NCBI RefSeq assembly: GCF_963921235.1
Contig: NC_086097.1
Location: 212,290,001 to 212,354,000 of the forward strand
Length of the DNA stretch: 64,000 nt
Direction of reading: 5' to 3'
From: Mobula hypostoma
Lineage: Eukaryota
Position 1 is the first letter of the stretch. Each line of letters starts with the position of its first letter. Position numbers and translations under genes: made by a program. Under the pieces are notes generated by a model. The model was not told the origin of the DNA. It saw nothing but the letters and a program-made list of their open reading frames with translations, and made no database searches. This document shows positions 49,543-61,326 of the stretch, piece after piece.

Positions 49543-50990
49543 ATACCTGCCTCAGTAACTATTGTCTAGTAGCACTTACATCCACAGTAATGAAAGGTTT
49601 TGAGAGGTTGGTGATGAAAAATATCAACTCCTGCCTGAGAGATGACTTGGATCTTCTACAATTTGCCTACTGGTACAACCGGTCCACAGAAGATGCCATT
49701 TGGTTGGCTCTTCACTCAACCCTGGAACATCTGGGTGCATACTTTATCGACTACAGGGCAGCATTCAATACTATCAGTAAGATTCAAGACCTTGGCCTCA
49801 ATACCCCTTTGTGCAATTGAATCCATGATTTCCTCACCTGCAGGCCCCAGTCAGTCTGGCAACAACATCTGTTCCACAATCCCCATCAGCATGGGTGCAC
49901 CACAAGGCTCTGTTGTTAGGCCCCTGCTCTACTCACTTTATGCTATGACTGTGAGGCTAAATACAGCTCCAATACCATATTTAAGTTTGCTGACAACACC
50001 ACTGTCGTTGCCCAAATCAAGGTGGTGATGTCAACATATAGGAGGGAGATTGAAAATCTGGCTGAGTGGTGTCACCACAACATCTCATTCAATGTCAGCA
50101 AGACCAAAGAGCTGACTGTTGACTTCAGGAGGAGGAAACTGCAGGTCCATGAGGCTGGCCTTATCAGGAGATCAGAGATGGAGAGGGTCAGCAACTTTAA
50201 ATACCTTGGTGTTATCATTTCAGAGTATCTGGCCTGGGCCCAGCATAAAAGTGCAGTTACAAAGAAATCACGGAGTGCCTCTACTCCCTTGGAAGTTCGT
50301 GAAGGTTTAGCATGACACCTAAAACTTTGACAAACTTTTATAGATGTGTAGCAGAGAGAATATTAACTGACTGCATCACAACCTGTTATGGAAACACCAA
50401 TGCCCTTGAATGGAAAATCCTACAAGAAGTAATGGATATGGCCCAGTCCATCACAGGTAAAGTCCTCCACAACCTTGAGCACATGTACAAGAGTGCCTGG
50501 TGCAGGAACGCAGTATCTATCATCCAGGACAACTGGCACCCAGGACATGCTCTCTTCTTGCTGCTGCCATCAGGAGGAAGGTACACAAGCCCCAGGACCC
50601 ACACCACCAGATTCAGGAACAGTTATTCCCCCTCAATTATCAGGCTCTTGAACCGGGGGGGGGGGGGGCCCCAGAACTTCACTCAATTTCACTCGCCCCA
50701 TCACTGAACTGTTCCCACAACCTATGGACTCACTTTCAAGGACTCATCTTAAGTTCTTGATATTTATTGCTTATTTATTGATGATGATGATTATTTTTTC
50801 TTTTGTATTTGTAATTTGTTGTCTTTTGCACATTGGTTGTTTGTCGTCTTGGTGGGTGTGGTCTTTCATCGATTGTATTATGTTTCTTGGATTTACTGGG
50901 TACGTCCACAAGAAAACAAATCTCAAGGTTGTACGTAGTGACATATTTGTACTTTGATAATAAATTTACTTTGAACTTTGAACCTTGAAG
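49543..50990 (+). mobile_element. Rex1/Babar LINE RT and 3' end, decayed
   Basis: VALTSTVMKGFERLV, LQFAY, RSTEDAI, GAPQGSV, FKYLGV, FRNSYSPSIIRLLN, tail aataaatttactttgaactttgaac. Confidence 0.9.
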
Positions 50991-52839
50991 TCAAAATGCA
51001 GCCCAGCAGTAGAAATGTAGTTTGCCACAGTGGAGGGTTGTTATATTATGGTTTGAGATATTTACACCAAGCATTTTGTCCAGACCTAGGAGAATGAAAG
51101 ACCAGCTCGGGTTTAGGGAAAACACAATAAATTATAAAGGCCAGAGATTAGAATTGTCGACAGTCATAGCAGACTGCACTGACAGAGCAGCTTTATTAGC
51201 TAACGACTGCCTAAGAAAACAGAGGTGAATTGAAACAATATATTCGGTGTCCAAGCACATATTCTGAAATCATGCTTGAAAACATTGTTACACAAATCTG
51301 ATGAGATCATTAATGATGTGTTCACTAGCATTACTGGCCATCAGGCAGATCAAACCCGATGTCAAACCAGGAGATTGAAAATCTCAAAGTCTGTCTTATT
51401 TATTATAAAGACAAGTGGAAGCAGAGCTGGACAAACAATAAAACACAGAGTCTTAGTGAAAATGACTCATAGTAATTGAGCGACCCCAATCATGTTAGTA
51501 CCCGAGGCTGACATGACAGCTGGATTACATGGCACTATAAAATTTGTCTCTACAGGGAGTTAAAGATAAATTTAACTCATTCTTGACACTTCAAGAGCTC
51601 TGTACAGATTTGGAGGTAGTCACATCTTTTAAGGTTAGATCTGTTGTACTCATCCAATCTGTTAAATGCAGATGAGAGCCAATGGTACCTCTCTCTGTGA
51701 GTGCCCCTAAGAGCTTGAACTAACACCAAGCTGCCGAAACAAAAGACATGCCTGATAGCAGCAAAGAGATTTGACACACTGTACGTTGTTGCCAATGTAA
51801 CCAGGAACATCTTTTCATCACCAAGGCTAACACAGAGGATTACTTACACACTTTGGAGGAGGTTAAACGCCTTTAGCAGCACACTGTGAATTAAAGCAAA
51901 TGTGCCTTCATATCTGAGTAAGTGTCGATGGGCTCCAGCTGGTGATGCCATTGTGAAGGACAAGTCACCAGATAGTATGGCAGCACTTCTATCCTTTTGG
52001 CAGGAGATAGGAGGGGATGGGAGTAGAGTTGTGTCAGCCGGGAATGAAAATCCCACACCTGAAATCAATGTCGATATCACCTCTTGAGTGATGTTGAAGT
52101 AAGTCCACAGCAATATAGAAATGGCTCTATCATGCTTTCATATTCTATCCTCTGCACATCCCACAGAGAGGTTAAGCCTCCGAGGAGAACAGAAAAGGTT
52201 GGTTAATGTTTTTCATCTTTTCTATTCAGGGTGACACTGACAGGAGTAGGAGGGACACCCACCATAGGATGGGATCACTTTTGACTGGGGCACTTCACAT
52301 CGCAGGAGGAAGCAATTCTGCAACCGATGGGCAGCAATGCCATCGAGGTCCAAACCACTCCATTGTAAGTGCACAATTCACAATCTTCTCAGCATGCTCA
52401 TTAACGGCATGATCATTGAATCCATTTGACTTCATCAGCAGGAGACAACTTTATCACCATCTGTGCAACACAAGTAGATAGGGTAATAAAGATGGCATAC
52501 AACATATACTTGCCTTCATTGTCAGGATGTTGAGCGTATCAGGAAGTTGTGTGAGAATGCTCAATTCTGAAATCAATGCCAAAATCCCATGACCTCTTGA
52601 GTAATATCAAAGTAAGCTTTACACCAATATAGAGATGCAGCCTAACTAAAGTTTAATACGTCTGCCACACGACTTCCTAACTTTCATCCCAACCAGTGAA
52701 GGTATGTATGCTTGCTTACCATATCTGCCTGTGTTGTCACTTCCAGGAAGCAGTGGATTTGCACCTCAAGATCTCCCTGCATATCAATACTCCTGCCATT
52801 TACTGTATAATGACTTCAACATCCTTGGCCAGTGGACAA

Positions 52840-53525
52840 TTCAGACCTTCAAATGCTTGCAACATAAGGTGCCGCACAAGAGACTTATAAATAAGATACG
52901 GATGCATGGAGTTGGAGAAAGTGTATTGGCATGGATAGTGGATTGGTTAACCAATAGAAAGCAGACAGTTGGTATCAATGGGTGTTTCTCCAGTTGACAG
53001 TCTGTGGTGAGTGGAGTGCTGCAGGGGTTGGTGCTGGGCCCACAGCTTTTTACCATTTACATTCATGATTTGGAAGAGGGGACCGAGTGTAATGTAGCAA
53101 AATTTGCTGATGACACTAAACTGAGTGGAAAAGCTAATTGTACAGAGGATGTGGAGAGTCTGCAGAGGGATATAGATAGGTTAGGTGAGTGGGCCAAGGT
53201 CTGGCAGATGGAATACAGCACTGGTAAATGTGAGATCATCCACCTTGGAAGGAATAATAGAAGAACAGATTATTATTTAAATGGTGAATGATTGCAGTAT
53301 GCTGTTGTGCAGAGGGACTTGGGAGTGCTTGCTCATGAATCGCAAAAAGTTGGCTTGCCAGTGCAACAGGTTATTAAGAAGGCAAAAGGAATGTTGGTCT
53401 TCATTGCTGGAGGGATTGAATTCAGGAGCAGGGAGGTCATTCTGCAACTATACAGGGTACTGGTGAGGCCGCACTTGGAGTACTATGTGCAATTCTGGTC
53501 TCCATACTTGAGGAAGGATATACTT
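52840..53525 (+). mobile_element. CR1 RT fragment
   Basis: KVPHKRLINK, SGVLQGLVLGPQLF, KFADDTK, RPHLEYYVQFWSP. Confidence 0.9.
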
Positions 53526-53914
53526 AGAATCTGGACCACTTTTCAGCTGTCAGTAGCTTGTTCTGCTATGTTTCCTGAGTAATTGCTGCATTGTAATTAG
53601 AACGTTGTCCCAGGGATTACAGAAGGCATTAATGGGCTGTGGTCTGGCAATAGGTGTAGCGAAGCTAGAACAGGGACCTGTCAGAGGGGTGCTACATGCA
53701 TCCATAATGCCCAAGAGGACTCTGATGAGGACCGCACTCCTAGTGTTTTCAGAAAAAAATTGACATGGATTCACATTGCAATTTGAAGTGTGTGGACAGG
53801 TCTGACTTGGCTGCATGTGAGAGCTGTGAAAGAAAATAAAGGAGATTCTTTGGAGACCAAGTTTTGCTAGAGGTCATTGATAATGATATTGCCCTGTTTC
53901 TACTAGTACAGGCA

Positions 53915-54327
53915 TTAGATGCTGCCTAACCTGTTGAGTTCGTCCAGCATTTTGTGTGTGTTGCTCTGGATTTCCGGCACCTGCAGAAGTCCTCATGTTT
54001 ATGATTTGCTGCTCCACTGTGAAGTCTCTTTGAGGGATGTCTACCCTGAAGAAATTTAAGTCTTCTCTTCAACAGGAGATCAGTGAGACCCTCTCTCACT
54101 GCTTCCCCTCTGTGATCTCTGATGCCCAACAACTGTTCAACCCAGACTTGCATGTATCATCTTCTAGCTATCCTCCTTCCTCCCCGCCACCACCTTTCTA
54201 TTCGGTCGCCTTCCCCCTTCATTTCCAGTCCCGAAGAAGGGTCTCAGCCTGAAATGCTGACTGCTTGTTCATTTCCATAAATGCTGCCTGACCTGCTGAG
54301 CTCTTCAGCATTTTGTGTGTGTTGCTT
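53915..54327 (+). mobile_element. Two PLE pseudo-LTR fragments (53915-54005, 54160-54327)
   Basis: gatgctgcctaacctgttgagttcgtccagcattttgtgtgtg; degenerate hammerhead at 54227-54263. Confidence 0.7.
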
Positions 54328-54597
54328 ATTGATAGTTTGTCTACAATGAAGTACAAATTATTCTGAAGCTTTTGGTTGCTGCTAGAGATTTTTGTGGTTA
54401 GGACTTACTAGCACCACAGGACTAGTTTACACACGACCTCTACATGCACAACAAATCCATTGAGGATTATTGGATGCAGTTACTACATTCTTGATTTGCA
54501 GCAGCAAGGTAAGTTCATATTGCATACTTGTCCTGTTTATGGGCACTTTACACAGTTGGCACTTCAGCACAGGAGGGTGGGTGATAGAGCGCTAAAC

Positions 54598-56576
54598 GTA
54601 GAAACATAGAAAACCTACAACACAATATAGGTCCTTCAGTCCACAAAGTTGTGCCAAACATGTCCCTACCTTAGAAACTACTAGGCTTACCCATAGCCCT
54701 CTATTTCTCTAAGCTCCATGTACCTATCCAAAAGTCTCTTAAAAGACCCTATCGTATCCACCTCCACCATCGTTGCTGGCAGCCCATTCCATGCACTCAC
54801 CACTCTCTGCGTAAAAAACTTACCCCTGATATCTCCTCTGTATCTACTCCCAAGCACCTTAAACCTGTGTCCTCTTGTGACAGCCATTTCAGCCCTGGGA
54901 AAAAGCCTCCGACTATCCACATGATCAATGCCTCTCATCATCTTATACACCTCTATCAGGTCACCTCTCATCCTCTGTCTCTCCAAGGAGAAAAGGCTGA
55001 TCTCACTCAACCTGTCTTCATAAGGCATGCTCCCCAATCCAGGCAACATCCTTGTAAATCTCCTCTGCACCCTTTCTATGGTTTCCACATCCTTCCTGTA
55101 GTGAGGCGACCGGAACTGAGCACAGTACTCCAAGTGGGGTCTGATCAGGGTTCTATATAGCTGCAATATTACCTCTCGGCTCCTAAATTCAATTCCACGA
55201 TTGATGAAGGCCAATACATCGTAGGCCTTCTTAACCATAGAGTCAACTTGCGCAGCTGCTTTGAGCGTCCTATGGAATCAGACCCCAAGATCCCTCTGAT
55301 ACTCCACACTACCAAGAGTCTTACCATTAATACTATAATCTGCCATCATATTTGACCTACCAAAATGAACCACTTCACATTTATCTGGTTTGAACTCCAT
55401 CTGCCACTTCTCAGCCCAGTTTTACATCCTATCAATGTCTTGCTGTAACCTCTGATAGCCCTCCACACTGTCCACAACACCCTCAACCTTTGTGTCATCA
55501 GCAAACTTATTAACCCATCCCTCCACTTCCTCATCCAGGTCATTTATAAAAATCATGAAGAGTAGGGGTCCCAGAACAGATCCCTGAGGCACGCCACTGG
55601 TCACTGACCTCTATGCAGAATATGACCCATCTACAACCACTCTTTGCCTCCTGTGGGCAAGCCAGTTCTGGATCCACAAAGCAATATCCCCTTGGATCCC
55701 ATGCCTCCTTACTTTCTCAATAAGCTTTGCATGGGGTACCTTATCAAATGCCTTGCTGAAATCCATATACACTACATCTAATGCTCTTCCTTCATCAATG
55801 TGTTTAGTTACATCCTCAAAAAATTCATTCAGGCTCGTAAGGCACGTCCTGCCCTTGACAAAGCCATGCTGATTATTCCTAATCAAATTATGCAGGACTT
55901 CTCCACTCCACTCCCTTTGCAATTTTTGCTTATTTCATTCTGAATTCCTGCTAAAACGTTGTTTACATTTACTTTGTATATTTACATCATTTATTATTAT
56001 ATTGTAATTTGTCCTTTACTGTGCCTGTTATCTTGTTTATTAATTATTGTACTGTCTTGCACTATTTTGCGCACTTTTTGTAGTCCAGTGTAGGCCTGAA
56101 GTCTAATGTAGTTTTGTGTTGTTTCACATAGTCTAGTGTAGTTTTGTGTTGTTTCAGGTAGTCTAGAGTAGTTTTGTGTTGTTTCATGTAGCACCATGGT
56201 CCTGGTGGATCGTTGTTTTGTTTTTACTGTGTACTGCAAGTCATTGCTGCAATCACCAAGATCCTTTTCCATAGTGAATATTGAAGTAAAGTATTCATTA
56301 AGTACTCTGCTATTTCCTCCGATTCCATACACACTTTCCCACTGTCACACTTGATAGGTCCTATTCTTTCAGGTCTTATCCTCTTGCTCCTCACATACTC
56401 GTAGAATGCCTTGGGGTTTTCCTTAATCCTGCCAGCCAAGGCCTTCTCATGGCCCCTTCTGGCTCTTCTAATTTCCTTCTTAAGCTCCTTCCTGTTAGCC
56501 TTATAAACTTCTAGATCTCTAACATTACCCTAGCTCTCTGAACCTTTCGTAAGCTTTTCTTTTCTTCTTGACTAGT
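54598..56576 (-). mobile_element. CR1 3' half with a + strand LINE-tail insert at about 55894-56226
   Basis: RT ORFs 54687-55922 and RIKENPKAFYEY (56224-56439); the insert carries three tandem copies of tagttttgtgttgtttca. Confidence 0.9.
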
Positions 56577-56848
56577 TGAAGGGCATATAAGAGAATATAG
56601 AGCAGAGAAATAAGTTGGAGAATGGAAGTTACAGAAGGTTGGTATGTATGTATGCTGTAATCTGAGAGAAAACCAAGTCCGAGGAGGAGTCCATTATCCA
56701 CTTGGCCCAGGTGTTAGTGCAGAGCTTGGAATTCATCTTTTCCATTATGGAATAATGGTCACTTTCATTGGTACTCATGCTGAACACAACATGTTTTAGG
56801 GTCTGATGGCTGAAGTTATAGATTCTCTTGCAGAACAAACAGAATGTG

Positions 56849-56915
56849 CATTACTGTGCAACAGTCTTAGGCACATACTATATATATAGCTACAGTGCCT
56901 CAGACTTTTACATAG
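56849..56915. mobile_element. Tc1-type mini-MITE, right TIR broken by LINE insertion
   Basis: tactgtgcaacagtcttaggcac ... gtgcctcagacttttacatag inverted repeat around a TA-rich spacer. Confidence 0.65.
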
Positions 56916-57495
56916 AATCAGAATCAGGTTTATTATCACCGGCATCTATCGCGAAATTTGTTAACTTAGCAGCAGCAGCTCAATGCAATACATAATTTAG
57001 AAGAAAAAAATGATAAACAAATAAGTAAATTACAGTATATGTATATTGAATAGATTAAAAATCATGCAAAAGCAGAAATAATATATATTTAAGATGGGAG
57101 GTAGTGTTCATGAGTTTAATGTCCATTTAGGAATCGGATGGGAAGAAGCTGTTTCCGAATCACTGAGTGTGTGCCTTCAGGCTTCTGTACCTCCTACCTG
57201 ATGGTTACAATGAGAAAACAGCATGCCCTCGGTGCTAGACATCCTTAATAATGGACGCTGCCTTTCTGAGACACTGCTCCTTGAAGATGTTCTGGGTACT
57301 TTGTAGGCTAGTACCCAAGAAGGAGCTAACTAAATTTACGACCCCCTGCAGCTTCTTTTGGTCTTGTGCAGTAGCCCCTCCATACCAAACAGTGATGCAG
57401 CCTGTCAGAATGTTCTCTATGGTACATCTATAGAAGTTTTTGAGTGTTTTTGTTGACGTACCAAATCTTTTCAAACTCCTGATGAAGTATAGCCA
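56915..57495 (-). mobile_element. Rex1/Babar 3' fragment
   Basis: KTLKNFYRCTIENILTGCITVWYG...KAASIIKD; (gattct)n tail. Confidence 0.85.
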
Positions 57496-57825
57496 CTGTA
57501 TTTGTCAATGTGGAGTAGAGAGGGAGTTTGCAATTCTGGTGGGAGCAATGGATGCTAAGAATGGTGAGGGAGGGGTGATGGGCAGGTGGCAGAGGTGTGT
57601 CCTAGGCAGGGGATGGTGTAGGTGCAAACACACCCAGCCCTGAGACACCAGGCAAGGTTATTTGATTCCAAACGATTGGTTTATTGATCATTATAGAATG
57701 TCTCTGTGGTGTTTCTTGCTCCCTCCCCTCTCTCAGTCCACAATAGAGACCCATATCAGAATCAGGTATGTCGTGAAATTAGCTATTTTTGTAGCAGCAG
57801 TCCAGTACAATACATAAAGTTACTA

Positions 57826-57896
57826 CAGTACTGTATAATGTCTTAGGCACCCTAATTATATACAGCATATGTGCCCAAGACTTCGGCACAGTACTG
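57826..57896. mobile_element. Tc1-type mini-MITE (71 bp)
   Basis: CAGTACTGTATAATGTCTTAGGCAC ... GTGCCCAAGACTTCGGCACAGTACTG, preceded by TA. Confidence 0.7.
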
Positions 57897-59384
57897 CACC
57901 TTTCATTAGTGATGTGGCTGTAACTGCAGAAGTCACACTGCTGTTGCCACAGCTCAGGACACAAGGGATAAAAGGGGCCTGGAGGACCTTAGAGGAGTCC
58001 ATTAACCTTAGTGGGACCGCTGGAGCATCACACCACAAAAGTGGCAATGAGTCCTAGGCATCACTTACATGATGGCAATATTCCTGCAGTCACCCTTCAC
58101 ATTTTGTTACCTATCTGCCAACCAGCACAGACTACAGCTATGTATTCCTAGATAGTGCTGTCCCAGGCCATACCCTCTGGAACATCGCTCTTTGAGACTG
58201 TTGCTATCTCCTCCCTTGAATAGTTTTCACCATCCATGCAGTTGCAAGAACTGCCTCCTAGTGAACTAGGGAAAGACACAAAGGGAGTGATTTGTTTATT
58301 TTGAAATGCATTCTGTTCTTAATTCAACTAAAAACATTGATTGGAATGTGCATTTTGGTGATCTTTATCTCTGTGTTGTCAGAAAGGGGATGATGTAGAA
58401 CATGGGGTCCTTAGATGCCTTGCATAATGGTATTTGGTCCATGGCATAAAGAAGGTACTGAACCCCTAATGTAGAGAAATGGTAAGGAGCATAGGACACT
58501 TGGTGAAAGGTGAGGTGCTGGTGAAGTTGCTGATTTCAATCATAAATGACTTGATTACATCGAACCCGGCAGAAAGTCAATGCTTACATTGTGTCATCCC
58601 TTTGTGTGTTTTTTTTTAACCATTTCTTTGTCTCCTGATGTTCTTCCTTCTCCTCACTTTCTTGTCTAATGTGGCAATGCCTGCAGAATGGGCAGGATGA
58701 GCAATGTGGAGTGAGCATCACCAATCTCAATATCACCTTGGTTGAAACGCTCCTCCCAAGACTCAATGAGGCAGAGAGGTTGCTTGAAGACCAATATACC
58801 ATACTATATAAAATTCTATTTGGCAGTTTGGCTTTCAGGATCAGCTTCATGGAATATACACCTGCTATACTGGAGTAAGTTCACTTCCATCGGGTAGACC
58901 TAACTGGAAACTGATATTTATAAGAAACTTGCTTCAATATATGTTCTTAAATGAACAGAAAAGTGTATTGATACCAGCCAGACCACTTCTAGTGGGATAC
59001 TCAAACTTTAGACAATTATGGTAAGCTTGCCAAAATATCAGAAATTGCGGCCTCAATCAGCAACTAATAATCTAGCAACTAATCTTTAAGTATTTCATTA
59101 TCTCTTTAAGTGAACTTTGCAGGGAGTTCTTCATGCCATTGAATGTTGTGATTAGCTCAGCCAAAAATAGACAATGGCAGGGCCAGTGTCAAAGCATTGT
59201 TTTAACATCGTCATTAATATCATCAGCTGTTAACTTTGCACATTTCTGACAGCTGTTAAGTGTGTTTGTGTAAACCCTTAAAAATATAGTGACTTTTCAT
59301 TTAATGTGAGGCCATTGTTCACACAGCTGTCTGCCTTGGAGTCAAGACAAAGTGCATCTGGACCCTCTCTTTGAGTCAGAATCA

Positions 59385-59585
59385 AGAGAAAATCTACAGA
59401 TGCTGGAAATCAAAGCAACACACACAAACTGCTGGACAAACTCAGCAGACCGGGCAGCATCTATGGAAAAAAGTACAGTTGATGTTTTGGGCCTGCCGAA
59501 GGATCTCAGCCCGAAACGTCAACTGTGCTTTTTTCCATAGGTGCTGCCTGGCCTGCTGAATTCCTCTGGCATTTTGTGTGTGTGG
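59385..59585. mobile_element. Fold-back element made of two inverted PLE pseudo-LTR ends
   Basis: About 75-bp arms 59418-59492 / 59509-59583 around a hammerhead-derived centre. Confidence 0.75.
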
Positions 59586-61177
59586 CCTTTCTTTGAGTCA
59601 CTGCTCAATGTTGTACTTAATGATGAATTCAGTGAGAATATGAACAGAAAGGTACACTGGTATTTACCTACAAAGTTTCTTGCTCATGTCAACCAGTACA
59701 GATCACCCCACAGTGCATGAGAGTCTTCTTCTTGTTACCTGCTGAAGTGGCATCAGAACTGACAAGTAGGAGTGCAAATAAGGCTGGGGAGATGCCATAA
59801 CCATTGATAGTATAATCACAGAAAACTCTTCCAATGTTGTCATGCACAGGAAGTATAAACAGTGCATTACCATGAGGAAGTTGCACAAATGCATAGAAAA
59901 TGTTGATAAAATTCCTGCTCCAAGTTTTATATTCTACTTAATTTCATAAGATACAATTATTCAGAAGCAAGTAAATAAAATCATAGCACAAAATCTGCAG
60001 ATATAATAATTATTGATCAAATGTTATCTAATGTTTAAAATTACAATTAAAAATATATGACTGAGAAAAAAATTGAATTTTTAAGTTCTTCAGTTCATTG
60101 AGAACCCAGAATTATCTATGAGGAACCAATAATGCTGCTATGATGTAAACTGAAGAGTGAATAGACTTGACAAAGAGGAATGTGTAAAATAAATACCACA
60201 AATACCATCAATCATTTTCTGAAAAGGAGAAACCCAGATTTGAGTTTCTTATTTATTATTACTGAAGAAACTAATTCAATGTAGTAAGCATAATCACACA
60301 AATTGAGAAGGGTTGTGCCAACACAGTTAAATGGCATCCCAAAATATTTTTCAATGCTTACAAAATTACTTACAAACACCTCTATTTATTATTTCATAAA
60401 TAGGCCCAACAGTTTCCATTAAAAAAGATTAAATATAGACATACAGTATGAAGAAACAATTATATATAGCCATATGTCAGGTTATAACTTAGCTCTCTCC
60501 AATCAGTTGCTGTATCTAATAAACACCAGAGAAGCATTTGGCAGTTTAAAAAAAAATTTACACAAACGTATAGAGTGACGTAATTACTAACCATGACACC
60601 ATAGAAGATACAAAAACATCTATGTAGTACAAAATAAATGTGTTTTGCTTTTTAACACTTAAAAACTGTTCATGCTAGTCTATGAGACAATTTGGGGTGC
60701 TTAATAAAATTGTTGGAAGCAATTTTGCAAATATATAACTATGAAACTGTTTTCTTACAAATTAAGCAAAAAATACTAATCTTGCCAATCTGGTCCCATT
60801 AAATGATATAATTTCACTGGTCAGTGCCAGTATAAAGTTACATTTAGCTAGGAAACCGTTTTATCATTTTATACTCTAAGAGAGTGCAACACAGACCCTA
60901 TTTACAAACTTGCTATGAGTGCTCTATCCATCAGTCAAAGTTTTCACTGGTTAACTATCAACAACTGATGGGAGGTCTAGGATCATGATCCCAGAATGAC
61001 ATAAAATTGCTAAGGCAGTTCACTACAGCAGCACTCCACAGCAAAACCAACAGTAAGCAAAATGATCCAAGTTTCCTTCAGAAATGAAGAGGGATGTTTG
61101 TCCAATAATAATCTTCGATGGAAAGAAGCAACATGATGTCTTGTAAATGGCCAATCCCACAAGCTTTAAGTGCAAGC

Positions 61178-61326
61178 TCAAAGATCTAAGTGCTTAGCGA
61201 CTTGTTCTTTAATAAGACACAGAATTGCCTTGATACACTCCATTTTTGAAGACTTCCCTGCAGTCATCATAGGAAAGAAGGTTATATCCTCAGGTGAGGT
61301 ACAACGTTTTATCCCTCTGCAAACTG
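61178..61326 (-). CDS. Candidate terminal coding exon of an unidentified host gene
   Basis: Strong acceptor ttctctcttcttttctctgtag at 61327, open frame xVCRGIKRCTSPEDITFFPMMTAGKSSKMECIKAILCLIKEQVAKHLDL*, followed by AT-rich repeat-free DNA with minus-strand AATAAA at 60385-60390 and 60252-60257. Confidence 0.5.

Noticed and set aside
56100..56195. CRISPR-like repeats
   Set aside because: Head-to-tail 30-bp tandem repeats without unique spacers, inside a LINE 3' region of a eukaryote; no cas genes.
58687..58875. + strand exon candidate (cctgcag...GGA|gtaagt)
   Set aside because: Splice signals are plausible but the peptide is unrecognisable and there is no partner exon.
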